DNA of 64,000 nucleotides from Psilocybe cubensis (Eukaryota): NCBI GenBank assembly GCA_017499595.2, contig CM039004.1, positions 434,001 to 498,000 of the forward strand, read 5' to 3'. Shown piece by piece: positions 51,001 to 64,000 of this stretch (position 1 is its first letter; each line of letters starts with the position of its first letter). The notes under the pieces were generated by a model. It saw only the letters and a program-made list of their open reading frames with translations, ran no database searches and was not told where the DNA came from. The position numbers and the translations under genes were made by a program.

Positions 51001-54000
51001 CCGAACGGTGGCGCGGTACGTGGATCCGCGTCAGCATCGCGTCCCCCAAGTGTCACGGGACGCGCGCCGGGGTCGGTTAGGGCACTGAAGGGTTTGTATG
51101 GTGTTCAAGGCAGGGATTACGAGGACGAGCTTGCAGATGCAGCGGAGAAGGCGGCTGCAGCTGCAGCTGGTGGTACTGATAAAGAGGCGTCAAGTTCGGT
51201 GCGCGCCGCTCACGCAGGTCGAGCGCGCAAGCAGCGCTATAGGCGGACGTGGTATGGCCGCAAAGTGCCCTTGCCGAGCGTGTATTCTGCTGATGCCGAT
51301 GATGGGGACGATGACGAAGATCGTGATATGGAAGGATTCAGAGGGGAAGAGAGGAGGCCTGTCAGGCTTTATGCACCGCTGTATAATGGGCTTGCAGCTG
51401 GTATCGCGTTGGGTGCGTATTTGGCTTGTTTATGTGTTGGGCGGTGGAGAAGGTGTGATTAATGCTACCTTACAGTGTTTGTTGGGAACTCTTTTAGGAC
51501 GCTACTCATGGAATGGTGGTTGGACCATAACTTTACACGGTTCGCTTTGGTCGTTGTCATTCCCCTGTTGTATTGCGTCTCTATGTTCTTTGCACTACAA
51601 ATCGTGCAAAACGTTACAATGATGTGCGTTCCATCTACCTTTCTGACAAAATTGAAAAAAGTATTTATTACTTATGTTGACTTTGGATCGATGTATAGGA
51701 TCGGCCCAATTGCACACTACCACCAAAATTCAAAGTATTATTCTGCGGTCCGCCCAAAGCCAAACAAGGTCGTCGACAACAACCTCCCGCACATCACTAT
51801 TCAGATGCCAGTTTATAAAGAAAGTCTCGAGACTGTGCTCGCTCCTAGTATCAGAAGCTTGAAGAAGGCGATGCAGACCTACGCGAGGCAGGGAGGGACC
51901 AGTACGATTTTCATTAATGATGATGGGCTTCGGGTGAGTGCCAAGTCTTTCTTCGATAACTTTGTATGAAGTGACGTTGACGGTTATATCGGACTAGTTA
52001 TTGTCCCCTGCTGAGAGAGATGAGAGGCTTGCATTCTATGCGAATCATAATATCGGATGGGTGGCTCGTCCGAAGCATGATCCTGCTCCCGACGGCTTCA
52101 AGCGTGCTGGAAGGTTCAAAAAAGCATCGAATATGAATTATGGTGAATATATTTCACTATTCCACTGCATATACTGACTAATCGTAACCTTATACAGGTC
52201 TTGCACTCTCTTTGAAAATGGAAAAGCACCTCGAGACTCTCCTCACTCAGCAAACAAACTTCACCGCCAACAACCCCGGAAATATGCGTACTTCTGTCTC
52301 TACGAACGCACACGGAAGCGCCAATAGTCATGGCGCAATTGTAAATGGAACAGGAGAAAAGCCGAACGGGCAGGGTGAACCGATACAGTATGGAATTCAA
52401 TACCAGAACCGGGACGGCGACGAATCCGTCGTATGGGGTCACGCAGGAAACGGGGGCGGCGCCGGGTCTGGACACGCGCCTGCACCTGGGCTTCTGGGTT
52501 TAGGTGATGAGGATCTCGAGGAGAAGGCGCTCGGCATGGCTATTGAAGAGACGTGGGAGGAGAGCGGACGTAAATGGCGCCCGTGGGCTGCGAATGGCCG
52601 CGCGACGAGGATTGGCGAATTTGTGCTCATTGTGGATTCGGACACGGTCGTTCCTGAGGATTGTCTGCGTGATGCAGCGCGGGAGATGAGGGCATGCCCT
52701 ACGGTTGCGATTATCCAGCATGAAAGCGGTAAATTCTTTAATTTATTATTCTCACCTCCCCGTTTCTCAAAGGTTTGACCGTTGGCTGGGATAGATGTCA
52801 TGCAGGTCGCCCATCATTACTTTGAAAACGGAATTGCGTACTTCACGAGGCGCATCAACAGGTGTATATCGATCTGTGAGTCCCGCGTCGTGTGCCTCGG
52901 CCCCGGAAGATTCTGAGCTTTATTCCAATAGCATGTGCCAACGGCGAAGTCGCTCCGTTTATGGGACATAATGCGTGAGTAATATCTTAATCAAATTTTT
53001 ACTTCCTAGAGATCTTTTGCCATGATCGTGCTGATGATGGTTTAGCTTTTTACGCTGGAAAGCTATTCAAGATGCAGCGTTCATCGACCCAGCAGATGGC
53101 AAGGAGAAGATATGGTCCGAGTCCAACGTGTCCGAGGACTTCGACATGGCTCTCCGACTCATTTTGAAGGGATACATTGTCCGATGGGCCACGTACTCCA
53201 AGGGCGGATTCAAAGAAGGTGTCTCGCTCAGTGTGGATGACGAATTAAATCGGTGGCAAAAATATTCCTATGGATGCAACGAGTGAGTTCTCGTCTTCTT
53301 GATTTCGCATTTCTGTGTGCAATTTCCATTTTTCGAACGTCGAGTGTTCCGCCTTGCGATTTATTCGTCTCCGCCACGCACTTATTGGCCTTGCTGACGG
53401 GTTCCTTTGATTATCTTATAGGCTCCTGTTTAATCCTCTGGTGGAATGGTGGCGCAAAGGACCTATCAATCGCCAAATCCACAAGTTCTTGTGGTCCAGG
53501 GCGCCTCTGCACTATAAGATTTCAATGTTATCATGTACGTTTCTTTTACACAGCGCAATTATTCCGGTACTAACACATCCTCTTCTCTCCCTGCTGTTAC
53601 GTTCGGAATGTCGTCTCTCTACAGACATGTTCTCCTATTGTGAGTCTTCCGCAAAGCCCTCAATCAAACGATCGTTGTTATTAATCAATTTTATTTTTCA
53701 GACGGTATCGCAGCGTCGATAACGATATCACTCATCAATTACGTGTTGCTGGGCTTCCAATTCCCAGTTGATGGCTTCTTCATGCACAGTTTCGAAATCT
53801 TCCTTGCGACGACGGTCGTGTTCTGGGGATCCGGAACGGTTGGGTACACGCTGCTTGAGTATCGTCTCGGACACAAGAAACTGGTGAGTAACGGGAACAG
53901 GCTCACTGACCCCGATAAACCCTTTCATTTCCTTATCCTATTTCTGACGCTCATTATTTGCTTGTTGCTCCCCTTCTATCGCATGTGTCATTTGACTTTA

Positions 54001-54719
54001 GCTTTCTGCACTATTCGAAAACCTAATGTGGATTCCATTCTTGTGAGTATTGCTTTTTCATATATGCACGCTCTTAAATCATCGCCGACGTGGGAGGGAG
54101 TCATTGTGCGACGACATGCGTTTGTTTTACTTGCAGAGTTCATTTTTGCTGACGTGCCTTGTGTATCGGTAGCTTCTTCTTCTTTGGGGGTCTCTCGATA
54201 CCTGTCACCCAGGCGATCCTAGCTCATCTGTTTTCGTACAACATTCAATGGTCCGCGACGATCAAAGAAGTCGAGCGCTCGAATTTCTTCAAGGAAATCC
54301 CAAAGATCGCTCGGAGGTGAGTCGTACATTACTCCTTGCCGTACATTCCACCTAAATTGTCTTGTTATGTGATAGATTTTGGTTCCCTTTGCTGCTCTCC
54401 GTTGTTATCATAATGACTATGATAATTTTATCGACGTCGCTAGTGCCATTACAGTGGCGAATCGAAGGTTCTGCTTGGGCTATTATTCTCCCTCTCTCGT
54501 GAGTGCCAAACTCGCTTCTTGTACACAGCTCTAGGCATTGACATCACGGCGTCTTTCTTTCATAGCCTTTCCGCAGCATGTCATATTTTGTTCCCAGTGA
54601 GCACCACATTTTCCCATGAATGTTTATTTTATTATCTGTTTCTCATGCTCATTATGTTATTTTACCCTTCGCGGTATCAGGTCGTACTTAACCCCTGGCT
54701 TATGGTGTTTTCCTACTAA
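48093..54719 (+). CDS. Multi-pass membrane glycosyltransferase family 2 (processive-synthase-like)
   Basis: Starts MDYDRNDALLHWLFRQTQGDAWF; motifs ITIQMPVYKE, FKKASNMNY, LIVDSDT (DxD), IIQHES, GHNAFLRW, SNVSEDFD, ELNRWQKY; TM helices on both sides; ends LNPWLMVFSY*; ~1.96 kb intron 48653-50614. Confidence 0.9.
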
Positions 54720-55184
54720 CTTCTTAACCATGGACAAATCTTTTTTGTTCTCAAGGATTTCTCGAGACTTGAAGTGCACCCCGTTCCTATTTATGCCCTA
54801 CTCTTAACTTCCGAACCTGGACAATTAGTACTTTACGTTAAAATATTCTCACCATTTCATACACAGCATTCATCTCCGTCTCTTTACCTTCCTTTACGAT
54901 GTTTAGACAATTTTTATTTCCGATTTTCTTCACCATCTTTTTGTGACATGTTATTCTTCTGCAACACTAGATTTACCAAAGGTTCCATTCCACCTGTTTC
55001 ATGCTTTCAAGGACTTTACATATACCTCTTTACATGCTTCCCTTCGCCAATTTTGCTGGTGAATTGCATGAACGTAACGCGATATACCACGATCAATGTT
55101 TATTTTCAGTTCTGCGTCTTCTTCGATGCTTGTAGTTTATAATTACAAGCGAAGCTAAAGCAACTTTCTCTAGGGGTGAAAATC

Positions 55185-55644
55185 AGGACCCGTGAAGCTC
55201 CCGTACAGGCATGTCCGGATTTTCGCGGATTTGAGGCCATTATCTAAGAGCGGTAGACGATGGAAATCAACGGAAACGCACAGTAGTAAATCGAAGCAAG
55301 ATTACATTTCCTATATACAGCATATTGGTGAAACTTGAAGACGTCTTTTCTCTGCTACCCTGACATATTTCTTCACTATCCTGATAACTAGTAATGGAGG
55401 TTCCACCTCCTCAAAATCCTTCCCCTCGAGGCCTGCAACACCTAAATATCTACTCCATATGTTTCTTTTGCAATCAATTGATGAGTTGTCGAGCCGTCGA
55501 GTGGTTTTGCAAGCTCGCCTCGCAGGGCTGAAAAAAAATTCCTAATCGGGAAAGCCCCTATCGGGCATTGTCCGGTTTCGCGGATTTGAGGGCAAAAATT
55601 GGGATCCCAGGCGGACATGCTTATAGGGGAGCTTCCCAGGTCCT
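55185..55644. repeat. Degenerate inverted-repeat-bounded element (possible MITE remnant)
   Basis: aggacccgtgaagctcccgtacaggcatgtcc (55185-55216) is an imperfect inverted copy of 55613-55644; motif tgtccgg(a)ttt(t)cgcggatttga occurs at 55212 and 55569 and, reversed, at 40004-40026. Confidence 0.5.
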
Positions 55645-56712
55645 TGAAAATCGCGCAAAAACAAGGCTAAATTTTCGAAATAAGGCTTTCAACCATTTGA
55701 ATCGTTTATCGTTTATAAACTTTATATCCTGCGTCTACATTTTGTTTAGTTTGCGAACCGTGGTAAACAGTTCACAAACGTTTGTAAACGGTTCAAAAAG
55801 TTGGAGATTTTGTCCTAAACAACTTCCCTTTTTGAACAGTACTGGGTTCATATCATATCAAATTTGATTTTCTATACCAAAGTAATATGTCAAGATTCCC
55901 GTTGTGGTATAGTTAGTGTTCCAATTTGATGGCAAATTCCCTGATGTGGTAGGCGCACCTGGACACATCTAAGGACAAGATAAGGTCAAGCGATTGAATC
56001 AAAATCTTAGTACTGTATATTCAACTTTAGGCTTGGGTTCATATGAGTTAAAAGCAAAGTCGACTATACACAAAGAATCTAATAAGACTGGTAGAGATTA
56101 TCTTACGCAATTTTTAATTCCGTTTCTCTGCATTTCCAGCGAGTCTTGTTCACCCAAGATCCATCGACTCGCATACAGCGCTAGTAATGGCCAGCGCAGA
56201 AGGATGAGTTCAAAGTAAAAATGACACAATCTCGCACGGAGAATCTACAGTCAAAACTAAAAGAAAATAAACGAGGTTGGATATTCATATATCTACTACT
56301 GAATTCAAACGGCATCCCCCCCACTGCGTCCGGGGTCCCTACTGACATTGACTGACATTCTCGACATGTCAAAAAAAGGGAGCCTTTCCCTTATCTTCCC
56401 AGACCGACGCGACTGACGTCCTGACGTCAGAAACTACGAAATAAATACTAGAAAGCCTCGAATATTCGCACATCAATGAGTCATTGAAATGTTCGCCCAG
56501 ATGTTATGAGTTACATTTTTCCCAATGCACTGTTAAAAGGTTTGTAAACTCAAGCAACACGCGTGGTGTCATTTTTGAATGGATTTGTATTGATTTCCAG
56601 CCTTAAATAATTCTATCTACCAGTTTATACTGCCCTTTCTCCGCCTTTGATTAAGAGACAGTTTGAAATTACGCTGGCCCATTAGGGGACTTCAAACGCT
56701 TGATTTCTTCGT

Positions 56713-59105
56713 TCAATTAAATGTCTGAGGGGGAAGGGCGTTGTATATCGGACAGAGCTCGTCATAAGCCGCTGTAACATAGAATGTTAATTGATATAAT
56801 GATTAAGACAGATTGACGAGGCTTACGAGGAGGGTTAAAAGTTTCAATCTCTGGTATATTTTCTGCGAAAACGACAGCGAGACCCCTGATGAAGATTTAA
56901 GTTTAGTGACTCTACTAGTATTCCATCTGTATAATTAACTCACAATTGAAGGTGCCAGTCAATGTGGCTGGGTGCAGGAAGTTCCATCAGTCAGTGACAC
57001 CGATATATGGAGAGATAGCCATATCGTACTTACCAATGCATAATCCAGGGACCTGAGTTGTCGGTGACGAAGCGAATAGTGACTCTATCATCCTTTGAAG
57101 ACCCGAGGCTGACCACGTCACGGATTACCGGGTTGTCGTAGTTGTCGACGCTGCTACCTGCGCTGCGAATAACATAGAAATTGTGCTAAAATACACTTAT
57201 TAGAGATAAATGTTATTCAATGCATTTGACTGCACTCACCCCGTGCAGATGAATTGGGTGCTAAACAAATAGACGATTAAGCAAAAACAGTGCTCAAGGA
57301 AGGAGTTGGAGAGAACAAAAACGCACTGGACTCCCACCCGATCCCCCGGGCATTGTAATCTCCACCACCTTATTTGGTGGAAGCTCGAATACATTTCCTG
57401 CTGGCAGTAGCTCCTGCGGCGTATACTTCTTGCTCAGAATCTGTAGCAGGACCGGCAACGGCGGCGGCACAAACGTGCCCACAGCCGTTCCATTGCTGAT
57501 CGTGAACTTGCTTTGCGCACCGCCGACAAACGTGATGTCCAGCTGCATATTTACGTCCGCCGCACCGCGTGCATGAACGCCTGGGGCACCTGTACCCGCG
57601 CCCGTGTCAAGCGGGTGCAGATTGGTCTCGAGCATAGGCGCGAAACTGTGAGGCGCTGGAACGGCAAAATCCGGGTCCTGATCCGACGCGCCGACATAAC
57701 GCAAAATCGCAGTGTTTGTGCCGCCCTCGAACCCAGCGTGCCCCAGGTTCGGGACTGCGCGGATAATGTAGTTATCAACGGCCTGGTCGGCATGCAGCAC
57801 AAACGAGTACCGCTGCCCCGCAAATATCTGGATCGAGTCCACCTCGAGCGGCTGGACGCTCACACCGTCGACTTCAATGATGGTCTGTTATTAGCACGTC
57901 GGCTGGTTAGTATTTTGAATGCTCAAGTGGAATATGTTAACGCTACTGCGGCGCACCATGGTATGCCCGTCGATGCTAAAGTTGTAGTTGGGGTCGCAGG
58001 ACATCGAGACGAGGCGGAAGCGATACCGAATGTCTTCAGCGACATTGATGACGGTCAGTGGGGACGCTGGACCATTGAAGGCGCGTCCTAATCCGTTGAC
58101 GAGTGTCGCATTGGGAGTCGGAAAGTTTCCAGCGGATGGGGCCGGCTTCTCGTACCTAGCGCCGGGCAGAAATTTCAGTTGTTAGCATAGTGTATGCCAA
58201 GTTAAGCAAAGGCGTTACCAGTCGGAGAGTGTAATGACGGTCGACTCTGTTAAATGAAAATGAGTACACATCCTAGGTACGGTAGTGTTTCCCTCATTTG
58301 AGCTCACCATCGTCAACATCGTACCTGAAACGTACAACGGAAAATTTCCATAAATCCTCAGAGCCAGAAAAAGTAAGCTATGCATTCACTTACTTTGACT
58401 TGTGTGGGTCATCAGGATCATAAACAACCATAGGTCCTCGCAGACCATCACAGTATTGTGTTTCTTGATTGTCAATTGTAAGCACATATTCATCGTTTAA
58501 CTCAGAGGGCTTACCATGGTGAGAATGATACCAGTACGTGCCTGCCTGATCTGCAGCGGAAAATTGGTACATGAATGAATGACCTGGGGCAATGGGGCAT
58601 TGATTGACGCCAACTGGGCCATCTGCCCAGGTAGTCCCCTTTTGAAAAAATCCATGCCAATGCTGTGGAAAGAGGTGAAATTTTGGTCTGTGAAAATACT
58701 TATACTTGTGGAACACTGTACACACAATGCTCGTGCTCGTCAACATAGACGTGTCCGTCAATTGGTCAATAACATTAATTGCAAATGTGTCTCCCTAATG
58801 TATAGTGAAAATTTAATGTCAGTATTGATGTCTTTACAAAAATTAATGGATTTTTACCTTGTTTGCAGTGATGAGAGGACCAGGAAATTGCAGAGTACTC
58901 GGGGAAGCCCCTGCAAGAACAGCACTGGGCATACATTTGTTATTATACATCTGGCTTCAAAATTTGTAGGCACATACGAGCGATTGTAGCCATTCGGAGA
59001 GATGCCTTTATTAGCAATATACAAGTCAGTTGAAGGCCCTATTGCTGCAAAGGCCCCTGTCGCAGAAAATGCGAAGAAAGATAATGCGCTTGAAATTGCA
59101 ATCAT
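56713..59105 (-). CDS. Laccase (AA1 multicopper oxidase), copy 2
   Basis: Signal peptide; [34 protein letters not shown]; ends [14 protein letters not shown]. Confidence 0.96.
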
Positions 59106-60697
59106 AAGAAGATTTAGCCTGCAGTGATTGTATGGGTGGGATGAAAATTTATCCCTCTAATACTCATTCTCTTTATACTCAACGGGTACTGGAGATATGT
59201 AAACAGGATTTCCGATGGAAATGGATGACTTTCTGCTTTACGCATCTCGCAACTTCCAATAATCCTGGTCTCTCAGGATATCAATGCATATCGTATACAT
59301 TCCCTAAGCTGTACATATGCCCCATATAGCACCCAGGATGCAAAAGGAACAATTCACTTCCTTCGGGTACGTGTAGGACAGTTTCTTTCCCTGACATTAC
59401 GAACCTGCATTGAACCGTCGCAAGAGCATTGCTAATCTCACTGGAACAATACAAGAGCCCCGTGTATCCGGTAAATATGCTACGATAGCTAAACAATCTC
59501 TGTCTTTCTGGTCAATCGGATCATTGATAATGCCCAACTACTTAACACGGCGCTAATCTTTCACTGACGAAGATTGACAATGCTATTCTATTTTTAGACA
59601 GAGAACCTTGCTACTGCCACACTCGAGTACCTCGATAACCTGGGAGTATTTTTCTTGGATTGATATACCTCAATAAATTGTGAAAACTCTCCTTGATCCT
59701 TGCTCCAGACCTTTCGGAATACTGTTTTGCGACGGTCCCGTCACTGAGGCATAGTTCCATGGGGTATATCGCCATGACTTACCGGGAATCTATGAATAGT
59801 AAAGACTTGGCAATCCTGCATACGATTCTGTTGTGTTTGATTTCTGTCACTTCATTCTGTGTGAGGGAGATGACATCGGCTAGCCAACGGTCATCTAGTA
59901 GTTATGAAACCGCAAGTCGACGGTCAGATACGGAATTTGATTTATGGATGAAAGGTTCAACATTGATATGAAAACCCGTTATTACTTAACAAAAATTCTA
60001 CAGTAAAACGTTGAAAAAAGGTCTTACTTCCTACCCAAGCTCGGAACGGATTCAGTCAGCAAATGCTCGCCGTTTTCACCACTAATTCGTTTTACCCACC
60101 TTCGTTTCTCGTAAATTTAAACTATAGGCTGATTTTATACTACAGTAATTATAGCTTTCTACTTGACAAAAACGATGGAGAAATGCGCAAAATAATGTGT
60201 GTCAAAAAACGATCCTTTCTCAATAAATCAATGCCAGTGAAAACTTGGTGAACACGAACGCATGGTCGATAATTGCACTGACCAAAAGCCAGGAACCAAC
60301 TTAAGCTGGTTTTTTATTAAAATTCCCACATAAAATTAAGTCCTCATGTCTCGTTTCTAAACTGGTGTACAATTCCTCCTACAAAACACGGTTTCAAATC
60401 AAATACGTTCGGAGAATCTTCGGAGCGCAGAGATGGAGATCCACCTTGACAACCTCAACATACGTTAGTAAACTGTGACCTTCAGGTTCATCGTATGTAA
60501 TGCTACAAATGCATATACATAGACGGGAAATCAGTGAAATGTGGGAGCATACCGATAGCAATCTAACGAAAATTTGTACCATACGATACACCAATACCCG
60601 TAATTGTCAACCCACTTTTCAATTCTTCAAGGTGAAATGGGAAAGAATGAAACGGGTAATTTTTTAATGCGACAAACTTTCAATACGCATAAGTAAC

Positions 60698-62190
60698 CTA
60701 CGATTTAGTCGACTGCGTACCACTGGCCTTGCCGGCGCCTGTTTTCTTCCCACGTCCCTGGAAACACCATCTGATTTGATTAGCAAGGCGAATATCCACA
60801 TCTCCGAATTCCTCGGCCCAACTCCAGACAAGACTTGGGTCCCGCAAAAAGTGTCGACCAACAGCAACGACGTCAGCATACCCGTCTTCAAGGAGCTTAT
60901 TGGCTTGGATCCCGGACGTAATGCCTCCAACCGTGCCGACCACTAGCCGCGAAGGCGGACCTCCAAGCGTGTTGTGCATTGTAGGCGGAAGATATGGAGA
61001 GGTCGCATGCATAGCTTGCATAACAGCCTTTGAAAACGGTGCTTGATAGCCAGGTCCTCCAATTACCTTCTGCTTAGGGCTATTTCCACCAGATGACACG
61101 TCTATCAAGTCAATACCGTGCTGGTATAGGATGGGAGCAAACTGTGCGGTATCCTCGGGCCGCCATGACGGTTCATTGGGGGACGATTGCTCCAGCCACT
61201 CAGTGGCAGAAATTCTGGAACATCGAAGCTTTGAGTATTTGTGTAATGGGGGTTTATTCATGAACTAACCGCAGGAAAAGTGGCGTTGTTTGGGGTATGA
61301 CGGACCTGACTCGATCGACTACCTCTAAGACAAGACGCACCCTATTCTCAAAAGAACCGCCGTATTCATCTGTCCGCTTGTTGCTCGTAGGGCAGAGAAA
61401 CTCAGTCAATAAATATCCATGAGCTGCATGGATTTCAACAACGTCAAATCCTGCTTCTATAGATCGTTTGGCCCCCGCTTCGAATGCGTCAACAAGCTCC
61501 TTGATATTATCAATCGTCATTGTGACTGGATGAGGGAAATCATCTTGGTATGGAATGGCGGATGGTGCCCATGTATTATCCGGCCAACCACCAACATCCT
61601 TAGATGCCGTAGGATTACCTTGAATCCACGGTGCGACAGTGGAAGCTTTCCGGCCAGCATGGGCGAGTTGAATGCCTATTTTTTGAGACTGAGAATGTGC
61701 GAATGTCACAAGGGTTTTAAGAGTGGGGATATGATCGTCCGACCAGATCCCGACGTCTTCAGGAGTGATACGACCATTAGGGAGGACAGCGGTAGCTTCA
61801 ATCATAGTATGCCCCGGACCCCGGATAAAGATTCCGCCAACTAACCATTGGTAAGTTAAGTTTCTCCAGACGTAACCTGTATTCTATTCATAACTCACGA
61901 TGAGCAAGATGCCATGGGGTGGGGTGTCCATTCTCTGCTGAGTATTGGCACATTGGCGAGACCTGTTTACATTAATTCAGTACATATGATAATCTATAGC
62001 GATTAAATCAGCCCACCCATATTCTATTCTGGAATCGCACCCCTCGGATTTGGATTGGCTGAAACAACACTGGCAAATTGTGGTTTCCTTCTGATGTCGA
62101 ACTTCCTGCAGGAATATCTTGAGCAGGCGTGAAATAAGGAATTTCTTTGGCGGCAACATTGGCATTAGATCTAGATGTAGTCGTGGTCAT
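60698..62190 (-). CDS. NADH:flavin oxidoreductase (old yellow enzyme family)
   Basis: IPYFTPAQ, SPMCQYSA, IQLAHAGRKAS, EIHAAHGYLL, NKRTDEYGGSFENR, LIDVSSGG. Confidence 0.95.
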
Positions 62191-62487
62191 GGTGGACTGA
62201 AGTGAAACAAGAATCGAAGACAATCCTTGGCCACCTCGGTAGTTGCTCGATGGAATACCATGACGTCAAGGAACACTATCAAAAATAGTCTCAAATCGCA
62301 CATCATCATGGAATACAAGTTGCGGAACAATATATTGTTGTTCCTAGAGCGAGTATTGTCCCGCTGTCAGTATCTATGAATTAGGTATGATCATAAAAAT
62401 GAACCTCGTTCGATTCCTTAATAAATTTTGCGAAAACTGACAAGATTTTGTACTACACAAGTTCAAGATGTGCTAGGGAAATTTCAA

Positions 62488-64000
62488 TCAGCGAATGAAA
62501 ATCGTCTTGACTTCTGTATACGCGTTGATTGCTAGACGGTAACTTCGCTATCAGGTATAGCCTTCCTTGAAATGTCACTTGTCACTTACAATGCTCTCCA
62601 AGTTCACGTCCAATACCTGAGCCTTTCCAACCCCCGAAGCCTAGATTTGAGTCCGCAGTCCACGATGAATTAATTACAACCATCCCTGCTTCAAGGCCCT
62701 TCGCAAATCGGATGGCTCTAGAAATATCCTTGGTAAAAACACTGATCGTTGTGTATAGCAATCAGATAAAAAAACAAAACTGAATAATATGTCACAACTT
62801 ACTATGATGATAGCCCATATTCAGTGTCATTCGCTCTGAAAGGTGTACCAGTTTAAATTATGAAAATCTGATCAATAGACATATTCTTGCCTTCTCAGAA
62901 CCTCTTCTTCAGTTGAAAATTTATGTACGACGGCTACAGGCCCGAAAATTTCTTCCCGATTTATTCTTGCGTCGTCGCTGACATCCGTAAAGACGGTTGG
63001 CCTGACATAGTATCCCTTTGAAATCTCTGAATCAACCAAGGAATACGTGGGTAAAGAAAAGAAACCACTGCCTACCTTTTCCGAGCCTGCGACCCCTCCG
63101 GCTAACAAGTTTCCTTCCTTTTTACCGATTTCAAGGTATTCCATGACTCGGTTGTACTGTAATGCACGAGTCAGATTTTAAAGCGTGAGCACGAGTAAAT
63201 CCTAAATACCTGAAGATAATCGACCATGGGGCCTGATACGTTATTTGGATCGCTCGGGTCTCCGAAGCTTATACTCTCGACGCTAGTAGCAAGCCTTTGA
63301 ATGAACTTGTCGTATATAGTATCTTGAACGTATATTCTGCTCCCCGCGATACACACTTGTCCGGAGTTTGAGGTAAAGCTTGCCACAGCCCTGCACACGC
63401 ATCAGCAGACATTTTAATAGAATTTATGAAAACCTACTTGGGTAGCATGTCTTCGAAATCACAATCGTCAAAGACAATGAACGGGCTTTTGCCTCCGAGC
63501 TCCAGGGTGACTGATTTTAGATTTGAACGAGCGGCGGCTTGCGCTACAGCCCTTCCGGCAGCAGGGGATCCAGTGAATGCTATCTTTCTGATGCGCATAT
63601 GGGAGGATAGAAGCTCCCCGGTCTCGCGTCCACCACTGAGGATGGTTAAAATTCCATCAGGAACACTGTCATAATTATCAATGATTTGAACAGGAATGTA
63701 ACGCGACTTTAAGACAAACCCAGCTTGTTTTGCCAACTTTGCAAAGACGAGGGCGTTTAACGGTGATTTCTCACTAGTCTTGATAATGCTAGCGTTCCCC
63801 GTCGCCACTGATTATTAAACTTGAGGATCGCAAGCCATGAAGTATTGATAAGAGGCAACTTACTTGCTGGGGCCGTCTTCCATGCCAGCATGCTGAGAGG
63901 GCTATTCCTGAGCATCATTTTGAAGTCATTAGTTCTACTCTTACGAATGTCGAATTCAAGTCTAGATGAAGTCATACATACCATGGAATGATCCCAGCAG
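62488..64000 (-). CDS. Aldehyde dehydrogenase, 5' end outside the window
   Basis: GIIPWNSP, KTSEKSP, IAFTGS, TLELGGKSP, NSGQVCIAGSR (catalytic Cys), EEIFGPV, FGGWKGSGIGRELG, ends YTEVKTIFIR*. Confidence 0.95.

Noticed and set aside
56713-64000. Laccase + OYE + ALDH as a secondary-metabolite cluster
   Set aside because: No PKS, NRPS, terpene synthase, transporter or regulator in the window; a core gene beyond the right edge cannot be excluded.
1-64000. CRISPR arrays, rRNA/tRNA genes, transposase or reverse-transcriptase ORFs, prokaryotic operons
   Set aside because: None recognised; spliceosomal introns throughout indicate fungal nuclear DNA. Small RNA genes could be missed by eye.

Overview
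Intron-rich eukaryotic DNA (mostly ~50-70 nt GT-AG introns) typical of an agaricomycete (mushroom-forming basidiomycete) genome; the species cannot be fixed from sequence alone. About 24 genes or pseudogenes are supported. In order: a secreted 14-Cys protein resembling the moth allergen Tha p 2; seven acetoin/diacetyl-reductase-like SDR copies (one decayed) split around a TPR-DnaJ gene; a DUF6534-type membrane protein; a ~1.2 kb non-coding element with long terminal inverted repeats; two convergent Egt2-like PLP lyases flanking mannose-6-phosphate isomerase; a laccase; a compact five-gene cluster of uncharacterised proteins (34.0-39.7 kb); a lysophospholipase; a head-to-head GH16 / GT2 pair; a second laccase; an old yellow enzyme; and the 3' part of an aldehyde dehydrogenase. 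The best candidate for an undescribed system is the five-gene cluster, with its two Q-rich proteins sharing an identical beta-patterned C-terminal motif, followed by the Tha p 2-like protein and the GH16-GT2 module. Exon boundaries were read by eye and family names come from remembered motifs, not database searches.
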